NCBI RefSeq assembly: GCF_009914755.1
Contig: NC_060928.1
Source of the DNA: the human T2T-CHM13v2.0 reference genome, Homo sapiens
Length of the DNA: 64,000 bases
Reading direction: 5' to 3' (one strand)
How positions within the stretch are numbered: the first letter of the stretch is position 1; each line of letters begins with the position of its first letter. Below the pieces are notes generated by a model that worked only from the letters and a program-made list of their open reading frames with translations, was not told where the DNA came from and searched no databases. Positions 38,386-52,638 of this stretch are shown one piece after another. The translations under genes and the position numbers were made by a program.

Positions 38386-41300
38386 TCTCAGTGGAAGTAC
38401 CGACCCACACGTAGGGGTGCACACACACACGCACACACACAGACACACACATAACTACACCCAGAAGCGCGCACGCAAACACACACACACCCACACAAAC
38501 ACGAACACCGTCAATCCTACATAAACTAATGAGGAGCCCAAGTTTCTGTCTCTACAACAGGGACAACTGGATAGTGATGGCTACATCTCAGGATGAGCCC
38601 GCATATGGGAAACATCAAGTTTTGGGGTCGTGAGTCTTCCGAACCTCTGGAGGGACTGTCTGAGTGTTTGTGTTCATGATAGGTGACATTCAGTGTGTAT
38701 TTCTGAATATGACCTACCGACGTGTAGGTTTGCGTGTGAGGTAATTGCAGGGGACTCGGTTTCGTATTTTCTCTTGGGGTGTGTTTCATTCGTCAGTTGT
38801 TGGTCGGCATGAGAAGGTGAAAGGTGGCTCATGTGGGACATCCGTGGATCATTCTCGCCACCTTGAATAGTGGAAACTGGAATGCATTTGGAAGAGAAGA
38901 ACGGTGCTCTTCTTTCTTCCCCGGGCTCGCCGTTTTTACACTGGTTCCTGAATGGACCTCAGGCGCCCTGGGACTTGTGCTCTTGCTGGAACCCACATAA
39001 CGCCGGAAGCGGACAGACCGACTTGCCTGTTTCACGGTGCCCGCTTCCCATGAGTCGAAACGGAAAATTTTCCCACGGGCATGTAAGTCATCTGGAAGTA
39101 AGCTGTATTGATAATAAAGGAAAGCAAACACAGGAGTGTGTGTATTCAACTGAAATAAATTCAGAAAGCCCTGAAATCAATCTCACTGGGTGTGTTTAAA
39201 AATGGCATTTGGGGAATTTCTGGGTCATTTGTCCAGCTGCGAAAGCTGCATCTCTGAAGCACAGTCCCTGTCCCGCAGTGAGACTTATTTATCCGACGTG
39301 GTGTTTCCGTGGAAATGATTGTGGGAAATGGCCCCTTCCTTTTCTCTATTTGCTGATTAGACTTCATGGTCCCTTTCTCGTCAGGTACAGTGATCAAAGT
39401 TGACCAACCCCAGAGGAAAGCTGCCCAGGGCACAACTCAGGGCTCCGTAGAACCACAGAATCTTGGGCGCAACCCTGCTCAAGCACCCAAATGTGCATAC
39501 GAACAGGGTCTCCGTGTGACGTGTGTGAAAACTACAGTGTGATGAGCATGACTGGCAGACAGCTTATCGATTGGGCTCCCCTCAAAATCGGTTATGAGCA
39601 TTCAAGCACACCGATGCCCAGGTCCCGGCTGCAGGAATAAGACCCTCCAGGGTCTTGTGTGAAGCCTCGGCATCTGCATTGCTCATGCTTCTGGGGATCA
39701 TTCTCCTGAAAATGGTGGCTCCTTTCTCCCTGTGGAGCATCTTTCTAAGCAGCGCTCTTTTCTTCCCCCAGGACACTTTACATCCGGCACAGGAAGCCTT
39801 CTGATGGAGCACACCTGGCCCATGAAAAGACAAGGGAAAGAAACGGGGCCAAAGGTCACAGTCCTCTCATCCCATCATCCTCCTTAAAATCATCCTAATT
39901 TCATGGGCCCTGAAGCCAGGGCTGTTTCTTTACACCTAGAGGCCTTGGCGCCGGGCCTCAATTCCGCCCTGTTCCTTACCGTCTAAGACATGTTGGGAAA
40001 ATCCCTAGAGCCAGGATCTTCATTCCCGCTAAGCCAGACAGCCGGAAGACACACCCAAATTCTGTCCCTCTTACTTCAGGGAACATGTCCACTTTCGGCA
40101 GCATTACAATTTTGGCACCAAATGTGCTAACTGCAATTCCACCATACAATGCGTAACTGGAAATGGAGGCAACATCTCCGATCCTGAACGATCGATGCGA
40201 GAATCCAGGATATGCACGGCTTATTTTGGCCTTTTCCCACTGAAACAAGGGCCAGTATTAAAAATGGCACGCTATCCTCTGTTTCACTCCCTGCTTTTAA
40301 ACGTCTCCGATGTTTCTCCCTGAGACAGGGCCTCACTTCCGTCAGCCGGGCTTTTCCACGGTATAATTTTCCTTGTTTGCTTTTGTCCAAATTAGAACTT
40401 TTTATTTCATCTCTAGGAAACGTTGATCTATTATCACATACGTATGGAAATATTATCACACATGCTGTGAGATACGTTGTTTTTATTTTCATCAATTGTT
40501 TAATAAACAAAAGGTTATAGCTGGGATACCTTCTGAGTTCTCAAGTTTTTTGTTTCGTGTTTTCTTAAACTGCCGTCGCACGTCCGAAACCGCTCACTAT
40601 GCAGTGTCATGACCGTCTCTCTTTTCTGGCAAACATAAATTTGGGGATTGTCATCAATTAGTCTCTCGGGGATTGCATGATTTCCCCAAAGGCTTTCACA
40701 GTCTACTTTGTGCACTGAGTATCTCTTCAAACTTCAGTGCATGTTTCTACCATTTCATGCTTTCTTATATGGCAATCTAGCTTCCACAAGAGCATTTCAT
40801 GCAAAGACTTGTCTTGTTCTCCACTGGCAGGTAATTTCACTCGGATAGAGAATCAATAGGCTCAACGTGGAAAGGTTATCGCTGGAAGGTCTGTTTGATT
40901 CCACGGATCTCTCCTTTCTCATTAGGGAAGAAAATACGCTGTGCTAAATACTATACTTCATTGACTATTCTCAGGTCAGAAAGCGCACTTTCGACTTCTT
41001 GTCTTTCCGTCGCTGAGAGGATGATGGCAGCTGCCAAAAGTACATACTTGGAAGTTCATCCCAGCACAAACACACACACACACGCGCCCCCCCCCCACAC
41101 ACACACACGAACACAATCACACACACACACACTCACACGGTTTCCTACGTAAAGATTTCTTCCCTGCCATTGCTTTACCTAAAATAAGGCAACTGTGTGG
41201 CCACTGTCCCAACCCGGTTACACTCCTATTATATGTGCCTATCATCCTGAGGAGTAATTTGATTGAGGTGTTCTGGAAGTCATGCTGTGGGCTGTGTCTG

Positions 41301-41543
41301 TTGAATTCCCAGCGATGCAAGGGGACACACCCTGTGACTCCTTCCTGAATTGAGTGCTGATATTTGATTGGCTTATCGCGCACCTGATGAGTGGGTGGGG
41401 TGTTCGCGGTTGGTGGGGGTGACTTACAGAAGGGCTGATGCGGCCAGAGAGCTCGTCATTTGAAGACTCTCTCGGAAGGGATAGCGTCTTTCTGCAACCT
41501 GCGGTCCCAGCAGAAAAACCTTGTGATCCTCGTTCCAGTCGAC

Positions 41544-43136
41544 ATGGAGGACGACTCACTCTACTTGGGAGGTGAGTGGCAGTTCAACCACTTTTCAAAA
41601 CTCACATCTTCTCGGCCAGATGCAGCTTTTGCTGAAATCCAGCGGACTTCTCTCCCTGAGAAGTCACCACTCTCATGTGAGACCCGTGTCGACCTCTGTG
41701 ATGATTTGGCTCCTGTGGCAAGACAGCTTGCTCCCAGGGAGAAGCTTCCTCTGAGTAGCAGGAGACCTGCTGCGGTGGGGGCTGGGCTCCAGAATATGGG
41801 AAATACCTGCTACGTGAACGCTTCCTTGCAGTGCCTGACATACACACCGCCCCTTGCCAACTACATGCTGTCCCGGGAGCACTCTCAAACGTGTCATCGT
41901 CACAAGGGCTGCATGCTCTGTACGATGCAAGCTCACATCACACGGGCCCTCCACAATCCTGGCCACGTCATCCAGCCCTCACAGGCATTGGCTGCTGGCT
42001 TCCATAGAGGCAAGCAGGAAGATGCCCATGAATTTCTCATGTTCACTGTGGATGCCATGAAAAAGGCATGCCTTCCCGGGCACAAGCAGGTGGATCATCA
42101 CTCTAAGGACACCACCCTCATCCACCAAATATTTGGAGGCTACTGGAGATCTCAAATCAAGTGTCTCCACTGCCACGGCATTTCAGACACTTTTGACCCT
42201 TACCTGGACATCGCCCTGGATATCCAGGCAGCTCAGAGTGTCCAGCAAGCTTTGGAACAGTTGGTGAAGCCCGAAGAACTCAATGGAGAGAATGCCTATC
42301 ATTGTGGTGTTTGTCTCCAGAGGGCGCCGGCCTCCAAGACGTTAACTTTACACACCTCTGCCAAGGTCCTCATCCTTGTATTGAAGAGATTCTCCGATGT
42401 CACAGGCAACAAGATTGCCAAGAATGTGCAATATCCTGAGTGCCTTGACATGCAGCCATACATGTCTCAGCCGAACACAGGACCTCTCGTCTATGTCCTC
42501 TATGCTGTGCTGGTCCACGCTGGGTGGAGTTGTCACAACGGACATTACTTCTCTTATGTCAAAGCTCAAGAAGGCCAGTGGTATAAAATGGATGATGCCG
42601 AGGTCACCGCCTCTAGCATCACTTCTGTCCTGAGTCAACAGGCCTACGTCCTCTTTTACATCCAGAAGAGTGAATGGGAAAGACACAGTGAGAGTGTGTC
42701 AAGAGGCAGGGAACCAAGAGCCCTTGGCGCAGAAGACACAGACAGGCGAGCAACGCAAGGAGAGCTCAAGAGAGACCACCCCTGCCTCCAGGCCCCCGAG
42801 TTGGACGAGCACTTGGTGGAAAGAGCCACTCAGGAAAGCACCTTAGACCACTGGAAATTCCTTCAAGAGCAAAACAAAACGAAGCCTGAGTTCAACGTCA
42901 GAAAAGTCGAAGGTACCCTGCCTCCCGACGTACTTGTGATTCATCAATCAAAATACAAGTGTGGGATGAAGAACCATCATCCTGAACAGCAAAGCTCCCT
43001 GCTAAACCTCTCTTCGACGACCCCGACACATCAGGAGTCCATGAACACTGGCACACTCGCTTCCCTGCGAGGGAGGGCCAGGAGATCCAAAGGGAAGAAC
43101 AAACACAGCAAGAGGGCTCTGCTTGTGTGCCAGTGA
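41544..43136 (+). CDS. USP17L: USP17-like deubiquitinase, 530 aa, copy 9
   Basis: Intact ORF; P310/S364/H412/D421. Confidence 0.97.
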   Translation: MEDDSLYLGGEWQFNHFSKLTSSRPDAAFAEIQRTSLPEKSPLSCETRVDLCDDLAPVARQLAPREKLPLSSRRPAAVGAGLQNMGNTCYVNASLQCLTYTPPLANYMLSREHSQTCHRHKGCMLCTMQAHITRALHNPGHVIQPSQALAAGFHRGKQEDAHEFLMFTVDAMKKACLPGHKQVDHHSKDTTLIHQIFGGYWRSQIKCLHCHGISDTFDPYLDIALDIQAAQSVQQALEQLVKPEELNGENAYHCGVCLQRAPASKTLTLHTSAKVLILVLKRFSDVTGNKIAKNVQYPECLDMQPYMSQPNTGPLVYVLYAVLVHAGWSCHNGHYFSYVKAQEGQWYKMDDAEVTASSITSVLSQQAYVLFYIQKSEWERHSESVSRGREPRALGAEDTDRRATQGELKRDHPCLQAPELDEHLVERATQESTLDHWKFLQEQNKTKPEFNVRKVEGTLPPDVLVIHQSKYKCGMKNHHPEQQSSLLNLSSTTPTHQESMNTGTLASLRGRARRSKGKNKHSKRALLVCQ

Positions 43137-46100
43137 TCTCAGTGGAAGTACCGACCCACACGTAGGGGTGCACACACACACGCACACACACAGACACACA
43201 CATAACTACACCCAGAAGCGCGCACGCAAACACACACACACCCACACAAACACGAACACCGTCAATCCTACATAAACTAATGAGGAGCCCAAGTTTCTGT
43301 CTCTACAACAGGGACAACTGGATAGTGATGGCTACATCTCAGGATGAGCCCGCATATGGGAAACATCAAGTTTTGGGGTCGTGAGTCTTCCGAACCTCTG
43401 GAGGGACTGTCTGAGTGTTTGTGTTCATGATAGGTGACATTCAGTGTGTATTTCTGAATATGACCTACCGACGTGTAGGTTTGCGTGTGAGGTAATTGCA
43501 GGGGACTCGGTTTCGTATTTTCTCTTGGGGTGTGTTTCATTCGTCAGTTGTTGGTCGGCATGAGAAGGTGAAAGGTGGCTCATGTGGGACATCCGTGGAT
43601 CATTCTCGCCACCTTGAATAGTGGAAACTGGAATGCATTTGGAAGAGAAGAACGGTGCTCTTCTTTCTTCCCCGGGCTCGCCGTTTTTACACTGGTTCCT
43701 GAATGGACCTCAGGCGCCCTGGGACTTGTGCTCTTGCTGGAACCCACATAACGCCGGAAGCGGACAGACCGACTTGCCTGTTTCACGGTGCCCGCTTCCC
43801 ATGAGTCGAAACGGAAAATTTTCCCACGGGCATGTAAGTCATCTGGAAGTAAGCTGTATTGATAATAAAGGAAAGCAAACACAGGAGTGTGTGTATTCAA
43901 CTGAAATAAATTCAGAAAGCCCTGAAATCAATCTCACTGGGTGTGTTTAAAAATGGCATTTGGGGAATTTCTGGGTCATTTGTCCAGCTGCGAAAGCTGC
44001 ATCTCTGAAGCACAGTCCCTGTCCCGCAGTGAGACTTATTTATCCGACGTGGTGTTTCCGTGGAAATGATTGTGGGAAATGGCCCCTTCCTTTTCTCTAT
44101 TTGCTGATTAGACTTCATGGTCCCTTTCTCGTCAGGTACAGTGATCAAAGTTGACCAACCCCAGAGGAAAGCTGCCCAGGGCACAACTCAGGGCTCCGTA
44201 GAACCACAGAATCTTGGGCGCAACCCTGCTCAAGCACCCAAATGTGCATACGAACAGGGTCTCCGTGTGACGTGTGTGAAAACTACAGTGTGATGAGCAT
44301 GACTGGCAGACAGCTTATCGATTGGGCTCCCCTCAAAATCGGTTATGAGCATTCAAGCACACCGATGCCCAGGTCCCGGCTGCAGGAATAAGACCCTCCA
44401 GGGTCTTGTGTGAAGCCTCGGCATCTGCATTGCTCATGCTTCTGGGGATCATTCTCCTGAAAATGGTGGCTCCTTTCTCCCTGTGGAGCATCTTTCTAAG
44501 CAGTGCTCTTTTCTTCCCCCAGGACACTTTACATCCGGCACAGGAAGCCTTCTGATGGAGCACACCTGGCCCATGAAAAGACAAGGGAAAGAAACGGGGC
44601 CAAAGGTCACAGTCCTCTCATCCCATCATCCTCCTTAAAACCATCCTAATTTCATGGGCCCTGAAGCCAGGGCTGTTTCTTTACACCTAGAGGCCTTGGC
44701 GCCGGGCCTCAATTCCGCCCTGTTCCTTACCGTCTAAGACATGTTGGGAAAATCCCTAGAGCCAGGATCTTCATTCCCGCTAAGCCAGACAGCCGGAAGA
44801 CACACCCAAATTCTGTCCCTCTTACTTCAGGGAACATGTCCACTTTCGGCAGCATTACAATTTTGGCACCAAATGTGCTAACTGCAATTCCACCATACAA
44901 TGCGTAACTGGAAATGGAGGCAACATCTCCGATCCTGAACGATCGATGCGAGAATCCAGGATATGCACGGCTTATTTTGGCCTTTTCCCACTGAAACAAG
45001 GGCCAGTATTAAAAATGGCACGCTATCCTCTGTTTCACTCCCTGCTTTTAAACGTCTCCGATGTTTCTCCCTGAGACAGGGCCTCACTTCCGTCAGCCGG
45101 GCTTTTCCACGGTATAATTTTCCTTGTTTGCTTTTGTCCAAATTAGAACTTTTTATTTCATCTCTAGGAAACGTTGATCTATTATCACATACGTATGGAA
45201 ATATTATCACACATGCTGTGAGATACGTTGTTTTTATTTTCATCAATTCCTTAATAAACAAAAGGTTATAGCTGGGATACCTTCTGAGTTCTCAAGTTTT
45301 TTGTTTCGTGTTTTCTTAAACTGCCGTCGCACGTCCGAAACCGCTCACTATGCAGTGTCATGACCGTCTCTCTTTTCTGGCAAACATAAATTTGGGGATT
45401 GTCATCAATTAGTCTCTCGGGGATTGCATGATTTCCCCAAAGGCTTTCACAGTCTACTTTGTGCACTGAGTATCTCTTCAAACTTCAGTGCATGTTTCTA
45501 CCATTTCATGCTTTCTTATTTGGCAATCTAGCTTCCACAAGAGCATTTCATGCAAAGACTTGTCTTGTTCTCCACTGGCAGGTAATTTCACTCGGATAGA
45601 GAATCAATAGGCTCAACGTGGAAAGGTTATCGCTGGAAGGTCTGTTTGATTCCACGGATCTCTCCTTTCTCATTAGGGAAGAAAATACGCTGTGCTAAAT
45701 ACTATACTTCATTGACTATTCTCAGGTCAGAAAGCGCACTTTCGACTTCTTGTCTTTCCGTCGCTGAGAGGATGATGGCAGCTGCCAAAAGTACATACTT
45801 GGAAGTTCATCCCAGCACAAACACACACACACACGCGCCCCCCCCACACACACACACACGAACACAATCACACACACACACACTCACACGGTTTCCTATG
45901 TAAAGATTTCTTCCCTGCCATTGCTTTACCTAAAATAAGGCAACTGTGTGGCCACTGTCCCAACCCGGTTACACTCCTATTATATGTGCCTATCATCCTG
46001 AGGAGTAATTTGATTGAGGTGTTCTGGAAGTCATGCTGTGGGCTGTGTCTGTTGAATTCCCAGCGATGCAAGGGGACACACCCTGTGACTCCTTCCTGAA

Positions 46101-46294
46101 TTGAGTGCTGATATTTGATTGGCTTATCGCGCACCTGATGAGTGGGTGGGGTGTTCGCGGTTGGTGGGGGTGACTTACAGAAGGGCTGATGCGGCCAGAG
46201 AGCTCGTCATTTGAAGACTCTCTCGGAAGGGATAGCGTCTTTCTGCAACCTGCGGTCCCAGCAGAAAAACCTTGTGATCCTCGTTCCAGTCGAC

Positions 46295-47887
46295 ATGGAG
46301 GACGACTCACTCTACTTGGGAGGTGAGTGGCAGTTCAACCACTTTTCAAAACTCACATCTTCTCGGCCAGATGCAGCTTTTGCTGAAATCCAGCGGACTT
46401 CTCTCCCTGAGAAGTCACCACTCTCATGTGAGACCCGTGTCGACCTCTGTGATGATTTGGCTCCTGTGGCAAGACAGCTTGCTCCCAGGGAGAAGCTTCC
46501 TCTGAGTAGCAGGAGACCTGCTGCGGTGGGGGCTGGGCTCCAGAATATGGGAAATACCTGCTACGTGAACGCTTCCTTGCAGTGCCTGACATACACACCG
46601 CCCCTTGCCAACTACATGCTGTCCCGGGAGCACTCTCAAACGTGTCATCGTCACAAGGGCTGCATGCTCTGTACGATGCAAGCTCACATCACACGGGCCC
46701 TCCACAATCCTGGCCACGTCATCCAGCCCTCACAGGCATTGGCTGCTGGCTTCCATAGAGGCAAGCAGGAAGATGCCCATGAATTTCTCATGTTCACTGT
46801 GGATGCCATGAAAAAGGCATGCCTTCCCGGGCACAAGCAGGTGGATCATCACTCTAAGGACACCACCCTCATCCACCAAATATTTGGAGGCTACTGGAGA
46901 TCTCAAATCAAGTGTCTCCACTGCCACGGCATTTCAGACACTTTTGACCCTTACCTGGACATCGCCCTGGATATCCAGGCAGCTCAGAGTGTCCAGCAAG
47001 CTTTGGAACAGTTGGTGAAGCCCGAAGAACTCAATGGAGAGAATGCCTATCATTGTGGTGTTTGTCTCCAGAGGGCGCCGGCCTCCAAGACGTTAACTTT
47101 ACACACCTCTGCCAAGGTCCTCATCCTTGTATTGAAGAGATTCTCCGATGTCACAGGCAACAAGATTGCCAAGAATGTGCAATATCCTGAGTGCCTTGAC
47201 ATGCAGCCATACATGTCTCAGCCGAACACAGGACCTCTCGTCTATGTCCTCTATGCTGTGCTGGTCCACGCTGGGTGGAGTTGTCACAACGGACATTACT
47301 TCTCTTATGTCAAAGCTCAAGAAGGCCAGTGGTATAAAATGGATGATGCCGAGGTCACCGCCTCTAGCATCACTTCTGTCCTGAGTCAACAGGCCTACGT
47401 CCTCTTTTACATCCAGAAGAGTGAATGGGAAAGACACAGTGAGAGTGTGTCAAGAGGCAGGGAACCAAGAGCCCTTGGCGCAGAAGACACAGACAGGCGA
47501 GCAACGCAAGGAGAGCTCAAGAGAGACCACCCCTGCCTCCAGGCCCCCGAGTTGGACGAGCACTTGGTGGAAAGAGCCACTCAGGAAAGCACCTTAGACC
47601 ACTGGAAATTCCTTCAAGAGCAAAACAAAACGAAGCCTGAGTTCAACGTCAGAAAAGTCGAAGGTACCCTGCCTCCCGACGTACTTGTGATTCATCAATC
47701 AAAATACAAGTGTGGGATGAAGAACCATCATCCTGAACAGCAAAGCTCCCTGCTAAACCTCTCTTCGACGACCCCGACACATCAGGAGTCCATGAACACT
47801 GGCACACTCGCTTCCCTGCGAGGGAGGGCCAGGAGATCCAAAGGGAAGAACAAACACAGCAAGAGGGCTCTGCTTGTGTGCCAGTGA
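46295..47887 (+). CDS. USP17L: USP17-like deubiquitinase, 530 aa, copy 10
   Basis: Intact ORF; protein identical to copy 9. Confidence 0.97.
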   Translation: MEDDSLYLGGEWQFNHFSKLTSSRPDAAFAEIQRTSLPEKSPLSCETRVDLCDDLAPVARQLAPREKLPLSSRRPAAVGAGLQNMGNTCYVNASLQCLTYTPPLANYMLSREHSQTCHRHKGCMLCTMQAHITRALHNPGHVIQPSQALAAGFHRGKQEDAHEFLMFTVDAMKKACLPGHKQVDHHSKDTTLIHQIFGGYWRSQIKCLHCHGISDTFDPYLDIALDIQAAQSVQQALEQLVKPEELNGENAYHCGVCLQRAPASKTLTLHTSAKVLILVLKRFSDVTGNKIAKNVQYPECLDMQPYMSQPNTGPLVYVLYAVLVHAGWSCHNGHYFSYVKAQEGQWYKMDDAEVTASSITSVLSQQAYVLFYIQKSEWERHSESVSRGREPRALGAEDTDRRATQGELKRDHPCLQAPELDEHLVERATQESTLDHWKFLQEQNKTKPEFNVRKVEGTLPPDVLVIHQSKYKCGMKNHHPEQQSSLLNLSSTTPTHQESMNTGTLASLRGRARRSKGKNKHSKRALLVCQ

Positions 47888-50800
47888 TCTCAGTGGAAGT
47901 ACCGACCCACACGTAGGGGTGCACACACACACGCACACACACAGACACACACATAACTACACCCAGAAGCGCGCACGCAAACACACACACACCCACACAA
48001 ACACGAACACCGTCAATCCTACATAAACTAATGAGGAGCCCAAGTTTCTGTCTCTACAACAGGGACAACTGGATAGTGATGGCTACATCTCAGGATGAGC
48101 CCGCATATGGGAAACATCAAGTTTTGGGGTCGTGAGTCTTCCGAACCTCTGGAGGGACTGTCTGAGTGTTTGTGTTCATGATAGGTGACATTCAGTGTGT
48201 ATTTCTGAATATGACCTACCGACGTGTAGGTTTGCGTGTGAGGTAATTGCAGGGGACTCGGTTTCGTATTTTCTCTTGGGGTGTGTTTCATTCGTCAGTT
48301 GTTGGTCGGCATGAGAAGGTGAAAGGTGGCTCATGTGGGACATCCGTGGATCATTCTCGCCACCTTGAATAGTGGAAACTGGAATGCATTTGGAAGAGAA
48401 GAACGGTGCTCTTCTTTCTTCCCCGGGCTCGCCGTTTTTACACTGGTTCCTGAATGGACCTCAGGCGCCCTGGGACTTGTGCTCTTGCTGGAACCCACAT
48501 AACGCCGGAAGCGGACAGACCGACTTGCCTGTTTCACGGTGCCCGCTTCCCATGAGTCGAAACGGAAAATTTTCCCACGGGCATGTAAGTCATCTGGAAG
48601 TAAGCTGTATTGATAATAAAGGAAAGCAAACACAGGAGTGTGTGTATTCAACTGAAATAAATTCAGAAAGCCCTGAAATCAATCTCACTGGGTGTGTTTA
48701 AAAATGGCATTTGGGGAATTTCTGGGTCATTTGTCCAGCTGCGAAAGCTGCATCTCTGAAGCACAGTCCCTGTCCCGCAGTGAGACTTATTTATCCGACG
48801 TGGTGTTTCCGTGGAAATGATTGTGGGAAATGGCCCCTTCCTTTGCTCTATTTGCTGATTAGACTTCATGGTCCCTTTCTCGTCAGGTACAGTGATCAAA
48901 GTTGACCAACCCCAGAGGAAAGCTGCCCAGGGCACAACTCAGGGCTCCGTAGAACCACAGAATCTTGGGCGCAACCCTGCTCAAGCACCCAAATGTGCAT
49001 ACGAACAGGGTCTCCGTGTGACGTGTGTGAAAACTACAGTGTGATGAGCATGACTGGCAGACAGCTTATCGATTGGGCTCCCCTCAAAATCGGTTATGAG
49101 CATTCAAGCACACCGATGCCCAGGTCCCGGCTGCAGGAATAAGACCCTCCAGGGTCTTGTGTGAAGCCTCGGCATCCGCATTGCTCATGCTTCTGGGGAT
49201 CATTCTCCTGAAAATGGTGGCTCCTTTCTCCCTGTGGAGCATCTTTCTAAGCAGTGCTCTTTTCTTCCCCCAGGACACTTTACATCCGGCACAGGAAGCC
49301 TTCTGATGGAGCACACCTGGCCCATGAAAAGACAAGGGAAAGAAACGGGGCCAAAGGTCACAGTCCTCTCATCCCATCATCCTCCTTAAAATCATCCTAA
49401 TTTCATGGGCCCTGAAGCCAGGGCTGTTTCTTTACACCTAGAGGCCTTGGCGCCGGGCCTCAATTCCGCCCTGTTCCTTACCGTCTAAGACATGTTGGGA
49501 AAATCCCTAGAGCCAGGATCTTCATTCCCGCTAAGCCAGACAGCCGGAAGACACACCCAAATTCTGTCCCTCTTACTTCAGGGAACATGTCCACTTTCGG
49601 CAGCATTACAATTTTGGCACCAAATGTGCTAACTGCAATTCCACCATACAATGCGTAACTGGAAATGGAGGCAACATCTCCGATCCTGAACGATCGATGC
49701 GAGAATCCAGGATATGCACGGCTTATTTTGGCCTTTTCCCACTGAAACAAGGGCCAGTATTAAAAATGGCACGCTATCCTCTGTTTCACTCCCTGCTTTT
49801 AAACGTCTCCGATGTTTCTCCCTGAGACAGGGCCTCACTTCCGTCAGCCGGGCTTTTCCACGGTATAATTTTCCTTGTTTGCTTTTGTCCAAATTAGAAC
49901 TTTTTATTTCATCTCTAGGAAACGTTGATCTATTATCACATACGTATGGAAATATTATCACACATGCTGTGAGATACGTTGTTTTTATTTTCATCAATTG
50001 TTTAATAAACAAAAGGTTATAGCTGGGATACCTTCTGAGTTCTCAAGTTTTTTGTTTCGTGTTTTCTTAAACTGCCGTCGCACGTCCGAAACCGCTCACT
50101 ATGCAGTGTCATGACCATCTCTCTTTTCTGGCAAACATAAATTTGGGGATTGTCATCAATTAGTCTCTCGGGGATTGCATGATTTCCCCAAAGGCTTTCA
50201 CAGTCTACTTTGTGCACTGAGTATCTCTTCAAACTTCAGTGCATGTTTCTACCATTTCATGCTTTCTTATTTGGCAATCTAGCTTCCACAAGAGCATTTC
50301 ATGCAAAGACTTGTCTTGTTCTCCACTGGCAGGTAATTTCACTCGGATAGAGAATCAATAGGCTCAACGTGGAAAGGTTATCGCTGGAAGGTCTGTTTGA
50401 TTCCACGGATCTCTCCTTTCTCATTAGGGAAGAAAATACGCTGTGCTAAATACTATACTTCATTGACTATTCTCAGGTCAGAAAGCGCACTTTCGACTTC
50501 TTGTCTTTCCGTCGCTGAGAGGATGATGGCAGCTGCCAAAAGTACATACTTGGAAGTTCATCCCAGCACAAACACACACACACACGCGCCCCCCCCACAC
50601 ACACACACACGAACACAATCACACACACACACACTCACACGGTTTCCTACGTAAAGATTTCTTCCCTGCCATTGCTTTACCTAAAATAAGGCAACTGTGT
50701 GGCCACTGTCCCAACCCGGTTACACTCCTATTATATGTGCCTATCATCCTGAGGAGTAATTTGATTCAGGTGTTCTGGAAGTCATGCTGTGGGCTGTGTC

Positions 50801-51045
50801 TGTTGAATTCCCAGCGATGCAAGGGGACACACCCTGTGACTCCTTCCTGAATTGAGTGCTGATATTTGATTGGCTTATCGCGCACCTGATGAGTGGGTGG
50901 GGTGTTCGCGGTTGGTGGGGGTGACTTACAGAAGGGCTGATGCGGCCAGAGAGCTCGTCATTTGAAGACTCTCTCGGAAGGGATAGCGTCTTTCTGCAAC
51001 CTGCGGTCCCAGCAGAAAAACCTTGTGATCCTCGTTCCAGTCGAC

Positions 51046-52638
51046 ATGGAGGACGACTCACTCTACTTGGGAGGTGAGTGGCAGTTCAACCACTTTTCAA
51101 AACTCACATCTTCTCGGCCAGATGCAGCTTTTGCTGAAATCCAGCGGACTTCTCTCCCTGAGAAGTCACCACTCTCATGTGAGACCCGTGTCGACCTCTG
51201 TGATGATTTGGCTCCTGTGGCAAGACAGCTTGCTCCCAGGGAGAAGCTTCCTCTGAGTAGCAGGAGACCTGCTGCGGTGGGGGCTGGGCTCCAGAATATG
51301 GGAAATACCTGCTACGTGAACGCTTCCTTGCAGTGCCTGACATACACACCGCCCCTTGCCAACTACATGCTGTCCCGGGAGCACTCTCAAACGTGTCATC
51401 GTCACAAGGGCTGCATGCTCTGTACGATGCAAGCTCACATCACACGGGCCCTCCACAATCCTGGCCACGTCATCCAGCCCTCACAGGCATTGGCTGCTGG
51501 CTTCCATAGAGGCAAGCAGGAAGATGCCCATGAATTTCTCATGTTCACTGTGGATGCCATGAAAAAGGCATGCCTTCCCGGGCACAAGCAGGTGGATCAT
51601 CACTCTAAGGACACCACCCTCATCCACCAAATATTTGGAGGCTACTGGAGATCTCAAATCAAGTGTCTCCACTGCCACGGCATTTCAGACACTTTTGACC
51701 CTTACCTGGACATCGCCCTGGATATCCAGGCAGCTCAGAGTGTCCAGCAAGCTTTGGAACAGTTGGTGAAGCCCGAAGAACTCAATGGAGAGAATGCCTA
51801 TCATTGTGGTGTTTGTCTCCAGAGGGCGCCGGCCTCCAAGACGTTAACTTTACACACCTCTGCCAAGGTCCTCATCCTTGTATTGAAGAGATTCTCCGAT
51901 GTCACAGGCAACAAGATTGCCAAGAATGTGCAATATCCTGAGTGCCTTGACATGCAGCCATACATGTCTCAGCCGAACACAGGACCTCTCGTCTATGTCC
52001 TCTATGCTGTGCTGGTCCACGCTGGGTGGAGTTGTCACAACGGACATTACTTCTCTTATGTCAAAGCTCAAGAAGGCCAGTGGTATAAAATGGATGATGC
52101 CGAGGTCACCGCCTCTAGCATCACTTCTGTCCTGAGTCAACAGGCCTACGTCCTCTTTTACATCCAGAAGAGTGAATGGGAAAGACACAGTGAGAGTGTG
52201 TCAAGAGGCAGGGAACCAAGAGCCCTTGGCGCAGAAGACACAGACAGGCGAGCAACGCAAGGAGAGCTCAAGAGAGACCACCCCTGCCTCCAGGCCCCCG
52301 AGTTGGACGAGCACTTGGTGGAAAGAGCCACTCAGGAAAGCACCTTAGACCACTGGAAATTCCTTCAAGAGCAAAACAAAACGAAGCCTGAGTTCAACGT
52401 CAGAAAAGTCGAAGGTACCCTGCCTCCCGACGTACTTGTGATTCATCAATCAAAATACAAGTGTGGGATGAAGAACCATCATCCTGAACAGCAAAGCTCC
52501 CTGCTAAACCTCTCTTCGACGACCCCGACACATCAGGAGTCCATGAACACTGGCACACTCGCTTCCCTGCGAGGGAGGGCCAGGAGATCCAAAGGGAAGA
52601 ACAAACACAGCAAGAGGGCTCTGCTTGTGTGCCAGTGA
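51046..52638 (+). CDS. USP17L: USP17-like deubiquitinase, 530 aa, copy 11
   Basis: Intact ORF; protein identical to copy 9. Confidence 0.97.
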   Translation: MEDDSLYLGGEWQFNHFSKLTSSRPDAAFAEIQRTSLPEKSPLSCETRVDLCDDLAPVARQLAPREKLPLSSRRPAAVGAGLQNMGNTCYVNASLQCLTYTPPLANYMLSREHSQTCHRHKGCMLCTMQAHITRALHNPGHVIQPSQALAAGFHRGKQEDAHEFLMFTVDAMKKACLPGHKQVDHHSKDTTLIHQIFGGYWRSQIKCLHCHGISDTFDPYLDIALDIQAAQSVQQALEQLVKPEELNGENAYHCGVCLQRAPASKTLTLHTSAKVLILVLKRFSDVTGNKIAKNVQYPECLDMQPYMSQPNTGPLVYVLYAVLVHAGWSCHNGHYFSYVKAQEGQWYKMDDAEVTASSITSVLSQQAYVLFYIQKSEWERHSESVSRGREPRALGAEDTDRRATQGELKRDHPCLQAPELDEHLVERATQESTLDHWKFLQEQNKTKPEFNVRKVEGTLPPDVLVIHQSKYKCGMKNHHPEQQSSLLNLSSTTPTHQESMNTGTLASLRGRARRSKGKNKHSKRALLVCQ